Notes: generated by a model not told the origin, from the sequence alone. DNA of 64,000 nt from Coraliomargarita sp. (GCA_965216325.1 OZ244160.1:800001-864000); one strand, 5' to 3'; positions 31,306 through 43,816 are shown, numbered from the stretch's first letter. Translations and numbers: made by a program.

Positions 31306-31950
31306 GTGGATAGGGAACTAAAAGTTAAGGTTTGCGGCCTCACCAGAGAGCAGGATGTGCAACACGTCCTTGAACTCGGTGCAGACTATTGTGGTTTTAT
31401 AGTCTATCCTAAGTCGCCACGTGGGTTGGATTTGGCAACGGCGCAAGGCTTGGCTTTACAAGTTCCTGAGGGAAAGCGTGTAGTGGTTGATGTTGAGCCT
31501 TCAGTTCGGCTGCTGGAGACTTATCTATCTGCAGGCTTTGACTATTTTCAGCTACACACTCGTGGTGGCTTTGATGCGGCTCTCTGTGCGGAATGGAGCG
31601 AATTGGTGGGGCCGGATCGTTTGTGGCTCGCACCGCGTTTGGCGCCGAATGAAGCCTTTCCGCTAGACTGCCTAAGGTATGCACGGACGATCTTATTGGA
31701 TACTTACTGCAAAGATCAGGTTGGTGGCACGGGCAAAACCGGCGACTGGGGCCAGTTCGCTGAACTGTCGCGAGCGCATCCGGACACTACATGGATTTTG
31801 GCGGGAGGCTTAAATCCAGACAATGCGTTAGCTGCGATCGAGCACACCGGAGCGCAGCATCTGGATTTCAACAGTGGCGTGGAATCGGCACCTGGTGTAA
31901 AGGATCACGCCAAGCTCCTCGCTTTGTTTCGACAGTTGGGCCGCGCCTAG
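31306..31950 (+). CDS. trpF: Phosphoribosylanthranilate isomerase
   Basis: VKVCGLT, SPR, GGTGKT.DW, LAGGL, SGVE.APGVKD. Confidence 0.95.
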   Translation: MDRELKVKVCGLTREQDVQHVLELGADYCGFIVYPKSPRGLDLATAQGLALQVPEGKRVVVDVEPSVRLLETYLSAGFDYFQLHTRGGFDAALCAEWSELVGPDRLWLAPRLAPNEAFPLDCLRYARTILLDTYCKDQVGGTGKTGDWGQFAELSRAHPDTTWILAGGLNPDNALAAIEHTGAQHLDFNSGVESAPGVKDHAKLLALFRQLGRA

Positions 31951-31958
31951 TTGGAACA

Positions 31959-33956
31959 TTACCAACTGCGTGAGGGGGCGACGCGTAAGGTTTCGTAGCG
32001 GCCCGGGTCGACTTCTTGAATGAAGCGGCTCGGGTTCATGCGAATTACATTATTACCCTTCTGATTCAGCATCGGATAGCTTAGGTAAAGCTCTTCCATT
32101 GCACGTGTCGCAGCGACGTAGAATAGGCGGCGCTCTTCGTCCAAATCACCATCGTCGATGGTGCGTTGGAGCGGGAAGGTGCCATCGGCGAGTCCGAGAA
32201 CGAAGACGACTGGAAATTCGAGTCCCTTCGCTTGGTGAATGGTTGTCAGACGCAGGCAATTCTTGAGCTCCTCAGGGCTGCGCTCGTTGCTTTCCGAGGC
32301 GAGCAGCACGAGCTGCGCAAGCAGCTCCTCCATCGTTTCGTAGCGACTCGCGAAGCTGATCAGACTTTGTAGGTCGTCCTGGCGCTCGGTCCAGTTTGGA
32401 TAGATTTCACGGATGAAGGTGCCATACCAGCCATCCAATCCGAGCTGGACGACTTCAGCCGGGGGCTGCTCAGAAAGTGCATTGGAGAGCTCACGAATGG
32501 TTTCGGCCAGCGAGGGCCATTCTTCCTTCGCATCGGCAGGGACTTTCTTGAGTACGTCTTCGGAGACGAGTACATCGCAGAAATTCAGGGATTTCTTCTC
32601 TGCCAGCTCACGGGTGAACTTGTGCAGGCGTTCGGCTGTTTTGGGTCCAACTTTGGGCAGCAGGGTGGTGAAGCGTGCAAAGGCGGAGACATCTGCCGGA
32701 TTCGATGCAAAGCGTAGTTGCGCCGAGAAGTCCTTGATGTGTGCTTGTTCGAAGAAGCGCACTCCGCTGGTGATCTGGTAGTCGATGTTGCGGCGAGAGA
32801 GCTCCATTTGCAGATCCATCGCCTGGAAGTGAGCGCGGTAGAGAATCGCGACATCGGACAAGTCGCGGCCTTCGTCGACCAGTGCCTGCAGGCGCTGAAG
32901 AATGAAATTCGCTTGCGCACGGGTGTCCATGATCGGCACGAAGTAGGGGCGTGGGCCGGAGGGCTTTACCGCGCGAAGTTCCTTAGAATAGCCTTTGCCA
33001 ACTGTTTGACCTTCGAGCACAGCGTTGGCGAAATCCAGAATTTCAGGGGTGCTTCGGTAGTTGGTCTCAATTTTGTGGATGACCGCATCCTCATGGCGCT
33101 GGTCGAAACGCATGATATTGTCAAAGTCGGCCCCGCGCCATGTGTAGATGCACTGCGCGTCATCGCCAACGGCCATTATTTGGTGGTGGCTGCCAAAGCA
33201 ATCGACGATGTCGGATTGCAGCCGGTTGGTGTCCTGAAACTCGTCGACTAGAATGTGCTTAAAGCGCTCCTGATAAATGGCCGCTACATCCGGGTGCTCA
33301 CGCAGGAGCTTGAGTAGAAGCTCCAAGAGGTCGTCGTAGTCGACGACTTGCTGCTCGATCTTGATCTGTTGGAAGGTAGCGTGGATAGCGGCGATCTTTT
33401 CTGCCATATTATCCAAGAACGGGAAGTGCTCGTTGGCTTCTTCGACGACTGGGGTGCAGGTGTTGCGTGCGAAGCTAATGATGTTGGAGACGACCTTGGG
33501 CTTCGGATAGTTCTTGGTCTTGATGAATTTGGGATCGACTTGGTTGATTGCGTTCTTGAGCAGTGATTCGGCTTCGCCTTCGTCGAGAATGGTGTAGTTT
33601 TTCTTCAGGCCGATTTTCTCGCCATGCACGCGTAGGATGCGCGATGCGATACTGTGGAATGTGCCGCCCCACATCTGGCGACGGGAGATGGATGTCAGGT
33701 CCTCGACACGCTCGAGCATTTCGCGTGCTGCCTTGTTGGTGAAGGTGAGCAGCAGAATCTCATGAGGCTGCACGCCGGAGTGCAGCAAATAGGCGACGCG
33801 ATAGGTGAGGGTGCGCGTTTTGCCCGAGCCTGCGCCTGCTAAGACCAAGGCGGGGCCCGGATCGGCGGTCACTGCCGCGTATTGCTCATCGTTGAGCTCG
33901 GCGCGGAAATCGATCGGTGCAAAGGCAGTAGAAAAGGCGTCGGGAAAGTCGGACAT
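31959..33956 (-). CDS. UvrD/PcrA/Rep family DNA helicase
   Basis: [40 protein letters not shown]. Confidence 0.95.
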   Translation of the reverse strand: MSDFPDAFSTAFAPIDFRAELNDEQYAAVTADPGPALVLAGAGSGKTRTLTYRVAYLLHSGVQPHEILLLTFTNKAAREMLERVEDLTSISRRQMWGGTFHSIASRILRVHGEKIGLKKNYTILDEGEAESLLKNAINQVDPKFIKTKNYPKPKVVSNIISFARNTCTPVVEEANEHFPFLDNMAEKIAAIHATFQQIKIEQQVVDYDDLLELLLKLLREHPDVAAIYQERFKHILVDEFQDTNRLQSDIVDCFGSHHQIMAVGDDAQCIYTWRGADFDNIMRFDQRHEDAVIHKIETNYRSTPEILDFANAVLEGQTVGKGYSKELRAVKPSGPRPYFVPIMDTRAQANFILQRLQALVDEGRDLSDVAILYRAHFQAMDLQMELSRRNIDYQITSGVRFFEQAHIKDFSAQLRFASNPADVSAFARFTTLLPKVGPKTAERLHKFTRELAEKKSLNFCDVLVSEDVLKKVPADAKEEWPSLAETIRELSNALSEQPPAEVVQLGLDGWYGTFIREIYPNWTERQDDLQSLISFASRYETMEELLAQLVLLASESNERSPEELKNCLRLTTIHQAKGLEFPVVFVLGLADGTFPLQRTIDDGDLDEERRLFYVAATRAMEELYLSYPMLNQKGNNVIRMNPSRFIQEVDPGRYETLRVAPSRSW

Positions 33957-34019
33957 GGCTAGGAATTAGGATGTGGATGCGATGCGGTGCAAAGCTAAAT
34001 ATCAAGTTGCGGTTTATGT

Positions 34020-35474
34020 GTGGAGTCTTTGCTTAATCGAATGCAGATCATTCCGTCCTCTATGCTTCCTGAACGCGACAAGGAAAGCCTCCGTGCCTTC
34101 CTGAGTGGCTGCCGTGAAGCGGCCCAAGCGAAGGGGCATTTTCAGTTGGCGAGCATTTCCCTGTCGGTCAAACACATCGCCCCCTTGGCTGTGCTGGAGT
34201 CGATTTATGAGCCGGATGAATTGCACTTTTATGTGGAGCGTGCAGCTGCGGATGAAGCGATTGCTGGTGCAGAAGCCGTTGTGGGGGCAAGTTTTAGTGG
34301 AGCCAATCGCTTTGCAGAGGTGAAAGCCTTTGCGGATGAAATTCTGGCCAACACGATTGCAGTGGGTGATTTGGATAAGGCTTTTACCGGGCCGCACTTT
34401 TTTACGGCTTTCACTTTTGAAGATGAGGTGCCCGAAGGAGCTGCATTTCCTGCAGCGACAGTCTTTGTGCCGCGCTGGCAGGTGTCTAAATCGAAGGGAC
34501 AGTATGGTGCGGTTGCCAATCTCCGTGTGGATGCCGATAGCGATCTGGAGCTGCTGGTGGAGAAGGTATGGGGCGCCTATCAAAAATTTGCGGTCTTCGA
34601 TTATGCGCGGGAACCCGAGTGCCAGGAGGTGCCAGTCGCTGAGTTGCCGAAACAGGTTACGCGCACGGAGCTCAAGCCAGATGTTTATGCGCAGGCAGTG
34701 GAGCAGGCGATTGATGCGATTCGTCAGGGCGCTTATGAGAAGATTGTGCTCGCACGTGGGATTTCGCTGCAAGCGGATTGCCCATGGCAGCCTCTGCATG
34801 CCTTGAATCGTCTACGTGAGCGTTTCTCGGGGTGTTTTACATTTTCATTTGGAGGTGGGGCCGCACGCAGCTTTATCGGTGCGAGCCCGGAACGTCTGTT
34901 GCGTATTCGCAATGGGCAACTCGAGACCGAGGCCATTGCGGGGTCGGCACGTCGTGGTGCGAGTGCTGGAGAAGATGCCCGTTTAGCACGCGGTTTGCTG
35001 GAAAGTGAAAAGGACCTGCACGAGCACACCTGTGTGCGGGATTCGATTCTGCGTCGTCTCAGCAGTGTGGGAGTCGAGGCTGCGGCCGATGGCGCACCGC
35101 GTTTGCTACAGTTGGCCAATGTGCAGCACCTGCAAACACCGATTCATGCCGAAGTTGCGGATTCGGTTCATTTGCTGGATATTGTTCAGGAATTGCATCC
35201 CACGCCAGCAGTGGGCGGCACGCCTCGTGAGCAAGCGGTGCCACACATTGCCGAACTTGAACAGATCGATCGCGGCCTCTATGCGGGCGCAATCGGTTGG
35301 TTTAATCACCTGAACGAAGGGGAAATACTGGTCGGTATTCGTTCCGCATTGATCGAAGGTAAAGAAGCGAAACTCTATGCCGGTGCGGGGATCGTCGAAG
35401 GCTCGGATCCTGAGAAAGAAACCCGTGAGACCGAGATCAAATTGTCGGCCTTGTTGGATGTCTTTACGCCTTAG
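34020..35474 (+). CDS. menF: Isochorismate synthase
   Basis: [35 protein letters not shown]; the start may be 34041. Confidence 0.85.
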   Translation: MESLLNRMQIIPSSMLPERDKESLRAFLSGCREAAQAKGHFQLASISLSVKHIAPLAVLESIYEPDELHFYVERAAADEAIAGAEAVVGASFSGANRFAEVKAFADEILANTIAVGDLDKAFTGPHFFTAFTFEDEVPEGAAFPAATVFVPRWQVSKSKGQYGAVANLRVDADSDLELLVEKVWGAYQKFAVFDYAREPECQEVPVAELPKQVTRTELKPDVYAQAVEQAIDAIRQGAYEKIVLARGISLQADCPWQPLHALNRLRERFSGCFTFSFGGGAARSFIGASPERLLRIRNGQLETEAIAGSARRGASAGEDARLARGLLESEKDLHEHTCVRDSILRRLSSVGVEAAADGAPRLLQLANVQHLQTPIHAEVADSVHLLDIVQELHPTPAVGGTPREQAVPHIAELEQIDRGLYAGAIGWFNHLNEGEILVGIRSALIEGKEAKLYAGAGIVEGSDPEKETRETEIKLSALLDVFTP

Positions 35475-35564
35475 CAGGTTGATTTTGTAGCATAGGCGTC
35501 TCGCTGTGTCACTCGAGTAGGAGGTGTATCCAGAAAGAAACAGGCAAGATTCCTGTTTCTACGC

Positions 35565-35942
35565 TTAACGGAACGTGGCATTCGGATCCGCTTCTTGGAT
35601 CATGCGGATCTGTTCGGCTGGAATGATTACCTTGTAGTCACGCTTGCCTTGCCGGTAAGTCAGAATCAGCAGATTACTCCGCTCGCTCTTTTCAACCTTG
35701 TAGACGTTTTCGATTACATAATCGAGGTCGCCTTTAACCGCAAACACATCGGCGCGATTCGATGTCGTGAAACGAAGCTCATCAAAGGTGGTGACCCATT
35801 GATCGGCGAAGTTTCCAGCATACTGCTTGCGCGCTAGGTTCGGATCTTCAACGAGTTTCAGTGTATGTGGTATATCGTTATGCGCAGATAAGCTAGCGCA
35901 CCAGAGTAGGGGGATGACTAATGTCGGGAGTAAGCGCTTCAT
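35565..35942 (-). CDS. Hypothetical exported protein
   Basis: Signal-peptide-like MKRLLPTLVIPLLWCASLSA. Confidence 0.65.
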   Translation of the reverse strand: MKRLLPTLVIPLLWCASLSAHNDIPHTLKLVEDPNLARKQYAGNFADQWVTTFDELRFTTSNRADVFAVKGDLDYVIENVYKVEKSERSNLLILTYRQGKRDYKVIIPAEQIRMIQEADPNATFR

Positions 35943-35992
35943 ACTGTGAGAAGATGTGCGGATCACCTTATTCCGCAATTGGTGTGGACACT

Positions 35993-36181
35993 AAAAAAGC
36001 CGCCTCGATTGAGACGGCTTAAAAAGTGGCACACCTGCAGGGCTTGTTCCGAGCGCAGCGACAAGACCGGGCCCTGAGCTTGCGAAGGGAACCGGACCAC
36101 CGAAGGTGAAAAGTCCCGGAAAATTGCCTACCGCATCAGTCAGACACAAAAAAGCCGCCTCGATTGAGACGGCTTAAAAAG

Positions 36182-36197
<16 letters not shown>
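35993..36197. repeat. 50-bp direct repeat of the tRNA 3' end plus terminator (35993-36042 and 36148-36197)
   Basis: AAAAAAGCCGCCTCGATTGAGACGGCTTAAAAAGTGGCACACCTGCAGGG occurs twice, offset 155 bp. Confidence 0.92.
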
Positions 36198-36258
<61 letters not shown>

Positions 36259-36352
36259 ATTTGAGGAAGGCGGGATAAAGACTGATTTTTAGAGGCAGAT
36301 CAAGCAGAACTTTCAAAAAAGTTGCAGTTTTGTGAACTTGCCCAAATCGCCT

Positions 36353-36712
36353 TTAGATCGGGCGTGCGTAAACCATTACTGCTGCGAGAATTCCGAGAAT
36401 CAGCAGAACCCACCAAAGTTTGCAGGCGCAGTCTGGTTTGCGGTTAATGACAGCAATCAGGCCGCCCAAAATGAGCCAAATGACCAATTTTACCAGGATC
36501 CAACCCTCGGTGAAGCTGTAGCCCATTTTGGAAATCAGGCCAAAACCAGCGATAAATACGATCAACAGACCAATACCACTGGTGATCGAGCCGAGCTTTT
36601 TGATACAGGCGTTATCGCTGCCAGAGAGGCTGCGGGCAATAAGGGCACCGTATCCCATGAAAATCATGAGGATACCGACGACGTGAAGGATGTGGTAGAT
36701 GTATGGAGGCAT
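36353..36712 (-). CDS. Small 4-TM membrane protein
   Basis: Four hydrophobic helices; W..VKL motif. Confidence 0.75.
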   Translation of the reverse strand: MPPYIYHILHVVGILMIFMGYGALIARSLSGSDNACIKKLGSITSGIGLLIVFIAGFGLISKMGYSFTEGWILVKLVIWLILGGLIAVINRKPDCACKLWWVLLILGILAAVMVYARPI

Positions 36713-36878
36713 TGGATTCGTTTTTAGTTAGAAGTGAGAAGTTTGTTGCTGACTACGAAAATCGCGAAATAAGCGAAAGCTACAGTGTAATATGTTCGTT
36801 TCGTGTTTTTCGCGTCTTTCGTAGTCGATTCTACGCCAGAACGCGTGTGTTCGCGGTGTAGACTTACCCGCTTGTAGC

Positions 36879-36916
36879 AAAAAGCAAGCCCGACACGGAT
36901 GAAAGTGTCGGGCTTG
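36879..36916 (-). terminator. Intrinsic terminator after hpf
   Basis: CAAGCCCGACAC/GTGTCGGGCTTG stem with a nearby A run. Confidence 0.65.
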
Positions 36917-36995
36917 GAAATGGATCAGATAGTCAGTGGGTGGGCGCTAGGTAGAGCGGATACTGATCTCTGTCATCTACTCTCTGGCCTCTGAA

Positions 36996-37361
36996 TCAAA
37001 CCGCCTTGGGGATCTCGGCCGGAATATCGACCATATGAGTATCCTTGCGCTTGACGCGCTTCAGCCGTGAGCGGCGACGCAACATTCGGTCGAGCTTCTG
37101 AACCATGTCGTCGATTGACTTGTAAAGATCGTCCGTGGCAGCGCTTGCAATGTGGTCATTGCCGCGCACTTCAAGGTGTCCCTTCGCAATAAATTCTTTC
37201 TGGTGGGACTTATTGTGACTGTCATATTCGAGCTCAACGCGCATACGGATGATATGGTCGTCGTGTTCGAACAGCTTCTCTGCCTTCTGGTGAACCACAT
37301 TTTTGATCGCATCGGTCAGTTCCATGTTGAGGCCGGAGATGATGACGTCATGTTGCTTCAT
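36996..37361 (-). CDS. hpf: Ribosome hibernation factor HPF/RaiA
   Basis: ISG.NMELTDAIK..V..K..KL and DLYKSID..V.KLDR; start ATG at 37361. Confidence 0.9.
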   Translation of the reverse strand: MKQHDVIISGLNMELTDAIKNVVHQKAEKLFEHDDHIIRMRVELEYDSHNKSHQKEFIAKGHLEVRGNDHIASAATDDLYKSIDDMVQKLDRMLRRRSRLKRVKRKDTHMVDIPAEIPKAV

Positions 37362-37441
37362 TATTATTACCTTTCGTTTGTGGTTTTGGTTTTTAACGAA
37401 GACCGCAGCCTTCGCCGCTTCGTTCCATCTGAGCAAAAAAA

Positions 37442-38275
37442 ATGCCAAGACCTAATCGACTCCTTAAGGAATACTTCGACCGCGTCTCCGTAATCATCAT
37501 TACGGGCGGTTCGTCAGGTATTGGCACTGCTCTCATCAAAGCAATTATTACGTTACGAAAGGATCTGGTGATATGCAACCTTTCTCGGTCAAAACCGGAC
37601 TTTTTTTTAGGTGAGCAGGGGCACCATATCGAGACGGATCTATCCGATCAATCCGCTCTGGAAAGGGCCTCAGAGCAGCTTCAGGAGATTTTGGGGGCGG
37701 CGCCTAAGGGAGAGCTTTTACTAATTAATAACAGTGGCTTTGGTGACTACGGTTTACTGCCTGAATTAAGCGTTGAAAAACAGCTGCGAATGGTCGATCT
37801 GAACATCAAGGCGATCATCGATTTAACCATGCGTCTGCTGCCTGCTTTAGAGCAACGCGGGGGCGCGGTGATGAACATCGCTTCGACGGCAGCTTTCCAA
37901 CCCACGCCCTTTCTGGCGACCTATGGAGCGACCAAGAGTTTTGTGCTGCATTGGACGCTTGCGCTTAATGATGAGTGGCGGGGGACCAATATGCGGGCTG
38001 TGGCTGTATGCCCAGGGCCCACACGATCCAATTTCTTCAAAGCAGCGGGTTTTGATACGCCGCCGATGCAGGGGGGCGTAAATGGTTTTCTGGATATGAC
38101 TGCGGAGCAAGTCGCGGATCTTAGTTTATCTGGGCTTGTACGTGGCAAATCGCTCGTGGTGACTGGTTGGAAAAACCGTCTGATCGCAAGCTTTGGTGGT
38201 GTGGTGTCGAAACGCCTTTCGACACGGATTGGTGGTGCTATTTTGCGCAAGCTACGCTTAGAGGCGCATAAGTGA
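37442..38275 (+). CDS. Short-chain dehydrogenase/reductase
   Basis: TGGSSGIG, NNSG, YGATK. Confidence 0.92.
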   Translation: MPRPNRLLKEYFDRVSVIIITGGSSGIGTALIKAIITLRKDLVICNLSRSKPDFFLGEQGHHIETDLSDQSALERASEQLQEILGAAPKGELLLINNSGFGDYGLLPELSVEKQLRMVDLNIKAIIDLTMRLLPALEQRGGAVMNIASTAAFQPTPFLATYGATKSFVLHWTLALNDEWRGTNMRAVAVCPGPTRSNFFKAAGFDTPPMQGGVNGFLDMTAEQVADLSLSGLVRGKSLVVTGWKNRLIASFGGVVSKRLSTRIGGAILRKLRLEAHK

Positions 38276-38278
38276 GAG

Positions 38279-38358
38279 TGGAGGGCAACGCTCCGTCGTT
38301 GCCGTTCGGAGTTGCTTGCTTTGGCGCGGTGGTGGCAATGACGGAGCATTGCCCTCCA
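38279..38358. repeat. REP-like inverted pair between convergent genes
   Basis: TGGAGGGCAACGCTCCGTCGTTGCC and GGCAATGACGGAGCATTGCCCTCCA. Confidence 0.8.
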
Positions 38359-38363
38359 TGTTA

Positions 38364-41300
38364 CTAGCGTTTGAGCTGACGGGAAATGTCGTCAGCGAGT
38401 TTTTCGAGGCGCTTTTCGGATACCTTTTGCGCAGTACCGAGCTCTTGGGCGTAGACGGAGACCTTGAATTCTTCCAATAGCAGTTGATAAGGCCGCACCA
38501 GCGCTTTGTGTGCATCGGTTTTTGCCTGCTTGTTCAGCTGGGCAAGTTGTTGCTCAAAGGGTGCTACACGCTTGGACTTCTCCATGTCGCCTTGAATGTT
38601 GGCTTTGGCGCGCTCGGCGCGAATCATCATGGCCTTCAGGAAACGGGTGAGATGTGGCAAGTCGCTAAACGCGCTACGCTCCAGTAGATCTCTCGGTGCG
38701 AGCTGTTCCATGTGCGCGCGCATACCTGGATAACAAATCGCTTGAGCGGTTTGCTTTTTCTCGAGCAGGAGTTCAACCGCAAGGCGTGCTTCGAGGAGCT
38801 TACGTAGTTGGTCGATGAGTTGCTGGATGATGCCGCGGCGCTCTTGATCAGCGCGGGCCTGCACTTTTTCAAAGCGGCTTTGCTTGAGTGGCAAATGCAC
38901 TCCGGTGCGGAACAGGTGACGGCGTAGGTGCGCCCACGCAGGAGCTTTCAACTTGTCAACGCTACCGAGCGGTAGGAGTAAGGTTCCCAGTTGCTTGAGG
39001 TCTTTGAGGTCGCGACGCAGCCAACCAAGCTCACGGCCCATGACGATCTCGCCCAGTGCAGGCCAGCCGTTTTCGGTGGCGGCTTGTGCAGACTCGAGGT
39101 CAGGCAGTAACCTTAGGTGCACTTGCTCCTTCTCTTCAACCAGTGCGGGGTAGGCTTTGAGTGGGAGTCCTGCTTCGCCCGAGAGATCAACACACTCAGG
39201 AAGGTCGCCGAAGTCCCAGGTACTCAGATTCTCGCGTTCGTATTTCGCGGTGGCTTGTTGCCATGCTGGAATGCTTTCGAGTCCGCTACCTTTGGCGACT
39301 TGTTGCTCCTGTTCTTCGAGAGCGTCACGTAGTGCGCTGAGTTCGCGTCCGGTTGCGAGCACTTCGCCCTTCGCGGTGCTGACTTGGATGCGTGGCTTGA
39401 GGTAGTCTGGGATCTCGGTGCGAGACCAGTCTTCGCGATTGGTTAGAATCTTGTATTCAGATTGTAAATACGCCGAGAGCGTTTCACGCAGTGGCTTGTT
39501 GGAGGGCTTGATCTGTTGGCTGATTTGCACTGCACGTTCTTTGAGTGGGTGCAGGCTTACGCGAATTGCTTTCGGTAGGCCGCGCAGTAAGCTCTCGATC
39601 TTTTCTTCGAGGTGTCCGGGGACTGCCCAGTCGAGCACGCCTTGCTGAATAGCGCCGAGTTGGTTGATGGCTACCTGAACTGTCACTCCGTCGTCTTCGC
39701 CGCCCGGATCATGTCGGTAGTGTAGGGGCAGGGTGCTGCCGCCAATGTTGACTGCTTTCGGGAAGGCCTCGCCGAGATCATTCTCACTGCTTTCGGGGAG
39801 GAGGTCGTCCAAGCGTGCTTTGAGGAAGTCGAGGTTGCCGCCGTATTGCTCTTTGGCGAAGCGGCGCAGTTCGGCATAGGAACCGACTGCTTTGAGGCGA
39901 TTGTGATAAAAGTCGAAGAGACGATCCTCGATGGTGAGGCCGGAGCCCATACGACGACGTGCGAGTTCGGACTCGGCTTCTTCGGCGAGTTGTGTGTTTG
40001 CCTTAAGGAAGTCCGGGCGCTCGCGGATGCCTTGCTCGATCAGGCCATTGCGAATGAAAATTCGAGTTGATTCGGCAGGATCGAATTTGGTCAGCGAGAC
40101 ATTGCTGCGCGCAATCTCGAGGCCGAAGAGTAGTTTGCGTTGCTTACATTGAGCGGCGCAGGCTTTGGTGCTCCAGAAGGGCTCAGAGTGTTTGGCTTGA
40201 ATGAGGTCGCCTGCGACTTCTTCAATCCAGCGGGCATCGATCTTTGCTGCGGTGCGTGCAAATAGGCGACTTGTTTCCATCCATTCGCCGCAGACAATCC
40301 AATCAGGGGCGGAGGTCTTAGCTGGCTTAACTTTGCCTTTCTTCTGGTAAGAGGCCTTACGCTGCTTCTTGGCCGTCTCGTGGTCGAAGAGTGCCGAGCC
40401 CGGGAACAGCATGGCCTTGCGATTGCGCGGGCCGCGGTAGTTGTGCTCCTCTTCTTTGATTGCCAGATTACTGAGCAGCCCGCTCATTATGCTTCGATGA
40501 ATCGCAGCATATTCGCTTCGCTCGAACGTCGAACTTTGAACATCGGACGTCCAATGTTGAACGCTTTCGGTTTCGTATGTCTTCGATGTTCGACGTTCAG
40601 TGTTCGATGTTGAACGTTCCACTCTCAGCTTCAAAATTCTTTGAAGCTGAGAGTGGATGTCGCGCCATTCGCGCATGCGCTGATAAGAGAGGAAGTGCGC
40701 TTTACAGAACTTGCGCAGCTTGCGCTGCGAGAGTTCGTCCATCTTGTCGTGGTAGGCATTCCAAATGTTCAGCAGGGTGAGGAAGTCGGAGTCCTTATTG
40801 ACGAAGCGGCGCTGCATTTCGTCGGCTTCCTTTGCGAGCTCGGATGGCCGTTCGCGCGGGTCCTGAATCGATAGTCCGGATGCAATGACTAGCACATCGG
40901 CGACGGCATTCTCACGCTGTGCTTGCAGCAACATGCGCGCGACTGTTGGGTCGACGGGAATGTGGGCAAGACGACGTCCGAGCTTTGTTAGACGGTAGGC
41001 GTCTTCGTTGCCTTTGTTGATGTCGGAAAAGACGGCGCCGAGCTCGGAGAGTAGTCGATAGCCCCCACGGATGGAATTATCCGCTGGAGGCTCGATGAAC
41101 GGGAAGGTGCGCACATCGCCTAAGCGAAAGGCCATCATGCGCAGGATGACCGCGGCTAGATTGGAGCGATGAATCTCCGGTGTGGTGAAACGTGGACGTG
41201 CGTTGTAGTCTTCTTCTGAATACAGACGATAGCATACGCCATTGCTGACACGACCACAGCGGCCCTTGCGTTGGTCTGCGCTCGATTGAGCCACGGGCTC

Positions 41301-42326
41301 GATGGGGAGACGCTGTGTGCGCGAGTGTGGACTGTATCGACTAATGCGTGCGAGTCCGGCGTCGACCACGTAGCGAATGCCTGGCACGGTGAGTGAGGTT
41401 TCTGCGATGTTGGTCGAGAGGATAACCCGTCGGCGTCCAGCGGGATGAAAGATCCGCTGTTGGTCAGCGTTGGCGAGTCGCCCGTAAAGAGGAAGAATAT
41501 CGCAGGAACGCGCAGGGGAGTCTTCGAGCAGGCGACGCAGTTCGTGGATGTCGCGCTCGCCCGGAAGGAAGGCGAGGATGTCACCCTCGCGATTGTCGCG
41601 TAGGATGTCGCCTATGACTTCGGCTGCGGCTTCGATAAAGGTAAAATCTTTGCCTTGGGCGGCTTCCTGAACGTCTTCGACTGGGCGGTAGATCAGCTCG
41701 ACGGGATACATGCGCCCGGAGACTTCGATAATCGGCGCGTTGTTGAAGGCCTTGGAAAAGGTCTCGGTGTCGATCGTGGCTGAGGTGATGACGATCTTGA
41801 GGTCTTTGCGTTTGTCGGCGAGTTTGCGTAGGAAGCCGAGAATGAAGTCGATGTTGAGGCTGCGCTCGTGGGCTTCGTCGATGACGATGGCTTCGTAATC
41901 TTTGAGCAGCGGGTCATCCTGAATCTCGTTGAGCAAGATACCATCAGTCATGACCTTGATGGCGGTTTCCTTGCTGGTCTGGTCGGTGAAGCGGATCTTG
42001 GCGCCGACTTCGTTGCCGAAGTTGACCTTGAGCTCTTCGGCGATGCGTTGCGCAACCGAGAGCGCTGCGACGCGGCGTGGCTGAGTACAACCGATGAGAC
42101 CCTTTTGGCCAAGGCCGCACTCGAGGAGAAATTTTGGGATCTGTGTCGTCTTCCCAGAGCCGGTTTCGCCTGCGATGACGACGACCTGATGGTCGCGCAC
42201 GGTGCGAACGATCTCCTCGCGCCGCGCGTGGATTGGGAGTTCGTTGCTGTAAATGGGGTGGAGCTGGGAGGTGCGGCGCGGGGACGCGCCTGCGCTACCT
42301 TCCTTGGGGGACGCAGTCGGTTTCAT
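38364..42326 (-). CDS. hrpA: ATP-dependent RNA helicase HrpA
   Basis: [31 protein letters not shown]-terminal [14 protein letters not shown]. Confidence 0.95.
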   Translation of the reverse strand: MKPTASPKEGSAGASPRRTSQLHPIYSNELPIHARREEIVRTVRDHQVVVIAGETGSGKTTQIPKFLLECGLGQKGLIGCTQPRRVAALSVAQRIAEELKVNFGNEVGAKIRFTDQTSKETAIKVMTDGILLNEIQDDPLLKDYEAIVIDEAHERSLNIDFILGFLRKLADKRKDLKIVITSATIDTETFSKAFNNAPIIEVSGRMYPVELIYRPVEDVQEAAQGKDFTFIEAAAEVIGDILRDNREGDILAFLPGERDIHELRRLLEDSPARSCDILPLYGRLANADQQRIFHPAGRRRVILSTNIAETSLTVPGIRYVVDAGLARISRYSPHSRTQRLPIEPVAQSSADQRKGRCGRVSNGVCYRLYSEEDYNARPRFTTPEIHRSNLAAVILRMMAFRLGDVRTFPFIEPPADNSIRGGYRLLSELGAVFSDINKGNEDAYRLTKLGRRLAHIPVDPTVARMLLQAQRENAVADVLVIASGLSIQDPRERPSELAKEADEMQRRFVNKDSDFLTLLNIWNAYHDKMDELSQRKLRKFCKAHFLSYQRMREWRDIHSQLQRILKLRVERSTSNTERRTSKTYETESVQHWTSDVQSSTFERSEYAAIHRSIMSGLLSNLAIKEEEHNYRGPRNRKAMLFPGSALFDHETAKKQRKASYQKKGKVKPAKTSAPDWIVCGEWMETSRLFARTAAKIDARWIEEVAGDLIQAKHSEPFWSTKACAAQCKQRKLLFGLEIARSNVSLTKFDPAESTRIFIRNGLIEQGIRERPDFLKANTQLAEEAESELARRRMGSGLTIEDRLFDFYHNRLKAVGSYAELRRFAKEQYGGNLDFLKARLDDLLPESSENDLGEAFPKAVNIGGSTLPLHYRHDPGGEDDGVTVQVAINQLGAIQQGVLDWAVPGHLEEKIESLLRGLPKAIRVSLHPLKERAVQISQQIKPSNKPLRETLSAYLQSEYKILTNREDWSRTEIPDYLKPRIQVSTAKGEVLATGRELSALRDALEEQEQQVAKGSGLESIPAWQQATAKYERENLSTWDFGDLPECVDLSGEAGLPLKAYPALVEEKEQVHLRLLPDLESAQAATENGWPALGEIVMGRELGWLRRDLKDLKQLGTLLLPLGSVDKLKAPAWAHLRRHLFRTGVHLPLKQSRFEKVQARADQERRGIIQQLIDQLRKLLEARLAVELLLEKKQTAQAICYPGMRAHMEQLAPRDLLERSAFSDLPHLTRFLKAMMIRAERAKANIQGDMEKSKRVAPFEQQLAQLNKQAKTDAHKALVRPYQLLLEEFKVSVYAQELGTAQKVSEKRLEKLADDISRQLKR
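40522..40620. repeat. Inverted heptamer array (TCGAACR/TTCGATG) in frame inside hrpA
   Basis: Same unit as the intergenic arrays at 54851-54979 and 56230-56349. Confidence 0.85.
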
Positions 42327-42383
42327 TCTAACTTCTGGCTTCTGACTCCTGACTTCTAATCGCGACGCGATGAGCGTTGCGAT

Positions 42384-43361
42384 TTACTCATCCTCGCTTT
42401 CGTTCATGAAAGCCCAGATCGTGTGACGGCCGTAAGGGCGGATGTGTGCGACGTAGTCCTCTTTCTTATACTGAATTGGAATGTCGGGCACGGCCTTGTC
42501 GACATAGACGCGGCCTGCTGGGCAGGCGCCGCAGAGCCGGCTGGCGATATTGATACTGCGGCCGATGTAGTCGTTGCCGGACTCCAAGTGACTCGCGAGA
42601 CCGAAGCCGATGCCCGCGCCGATGCCTTCGGGGGCACCATGGGTAAAGTGCGGGCCATCGCTGACAATTTTCCAGCGGTCCTTGAGGGAGAGGCAACCAC
42701 CGATGGCGACATTGACTGCGATTTCACGGTCGTTCGGATTCGTTTCCCAGATCGCGACGACACCGTCGCCGACCAGTTTGACGAGATCGGGCGGGAAGCG
42801 CTCAAAGGATTTGCCCACCATATTATAGAAGGCTGACATGAGTCCACAGGTGTAGGGCGACTCGATGTTGGGCTCTTCGCAGAATAGACTGAAGCCGCGA
42901 ATATCAATGACTACCGCGAGCACCTCACAGGGCTTGCCGAATTCGACCTCGCTTTCACCGCTATCGATGAAGGGGTAGTCCGAGTAGAGGCTTTCCTCAA
43001 ACTGGTAGTAGGTCGCCTTGTCGACCGAGTCGCTGTAGAAGCTCAGGCCTTGCTGGTAGCGGTCGTAAGTCTTCGGGCGATATTGCAGTTCGGAGATGCT
43101 GTAGCCCTCGTTATATTGCGAGCGGCTGGTGTAGAAGCGTGCGGAGTATTTGCGCACCCGGCGCTCTTTGCCTTCAAGCTTTTTGAGAACGTTTGCGACG
43201 TTGGGTTCGTCGAGCACGATAAATGCCTCGTAGCCATCGATTGTGAAATACACGTGACGGTATTCCGGATGGACGGTTTGAAAGCGGCTACAGATATCCC
43301 AGAAATCGCTGAAGGTGAGGTCTGGGATCGGATAGTGCCGACGTATGATGGTGGAAGGCAT
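42384..43361 (-). CDS. Class III nucleotide (probably adenylate) cyclase with an unknown N-terminal domain
   Basis: IDIRGFS, KLVGDG, DYIGRSINIASRL. Confidence 0.85.
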   Translation of the reverse strand: MPSTIIRRHYPIPDLTFSDFWDICSRFQTVHPEYRHVYFTIDGYEAFIVLDEPNVANVLKKLEGKERRVRKYSARFYTSRSQYNEGYSISELQYRPKTYDRYQQGLSFYSDSVDKATYYQFEESLYSDYPFIDSGESEVEFGKPCEVLAVVIDIRGFSLFCEEPNIESPYTCGLMSAFYNMVGKSFERFPPDLVKLVGDGVVAIWETNPNDREIAVNVAIGGCLSLKDRWKIVSDGPHFTHGAPEGIGAGIGFGLASHLESGNDYIGRSINIASRLCGACPAGRVYVDKAVPDIPIQYKKEDYVAHIRPYGRHTIWAFMNESEDE

Positions 43362-43441
43362 GAAGAATTGTAAAAACGAACCATGACTCTTGCGCGGCAG
43401 GGCATGGAATCAAGAGTAATTCGGCTATGCTTTGTACAGAG

Positions 43442-43508
43442 TCTTAATCTTAATCCTACTCATAATCTTAATCGACACGTGAGATTAAGATTATGAGTAG
43501 GATTAGGA
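43442..43508. repeat. Inverted hexamer array
   Basis: TAATCCTACTCATAATCTTAATC and its complement GATTAAGATTATGAGTAGGATTA. Confidence 0.85.
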
Positions 43509-43531
43509 ATTGGGTGCACCTCAATGGGCAC

Positions 43532-43565
43532 AAAAAAACTCCGGCGATGATCACCGGAGTTTTTT
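43532..43565 (-). terminator. Intrinsic terminator after rpmB
   Basis: A7-CTCCGG..CCGGAG-T6. Confidence 0.8.
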
Positions 43566-43583
43566 GAAAGTCTGTGTCGGGGC

Positions 43584-43816
<233 letters not shown>

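Noticed and set aside
42384..43361. Pycsar-type anti-phage cyclase
   Set aside because: There is no adjacent effector gene, the specificity residues look adenylate-type, and the context is housekeeping
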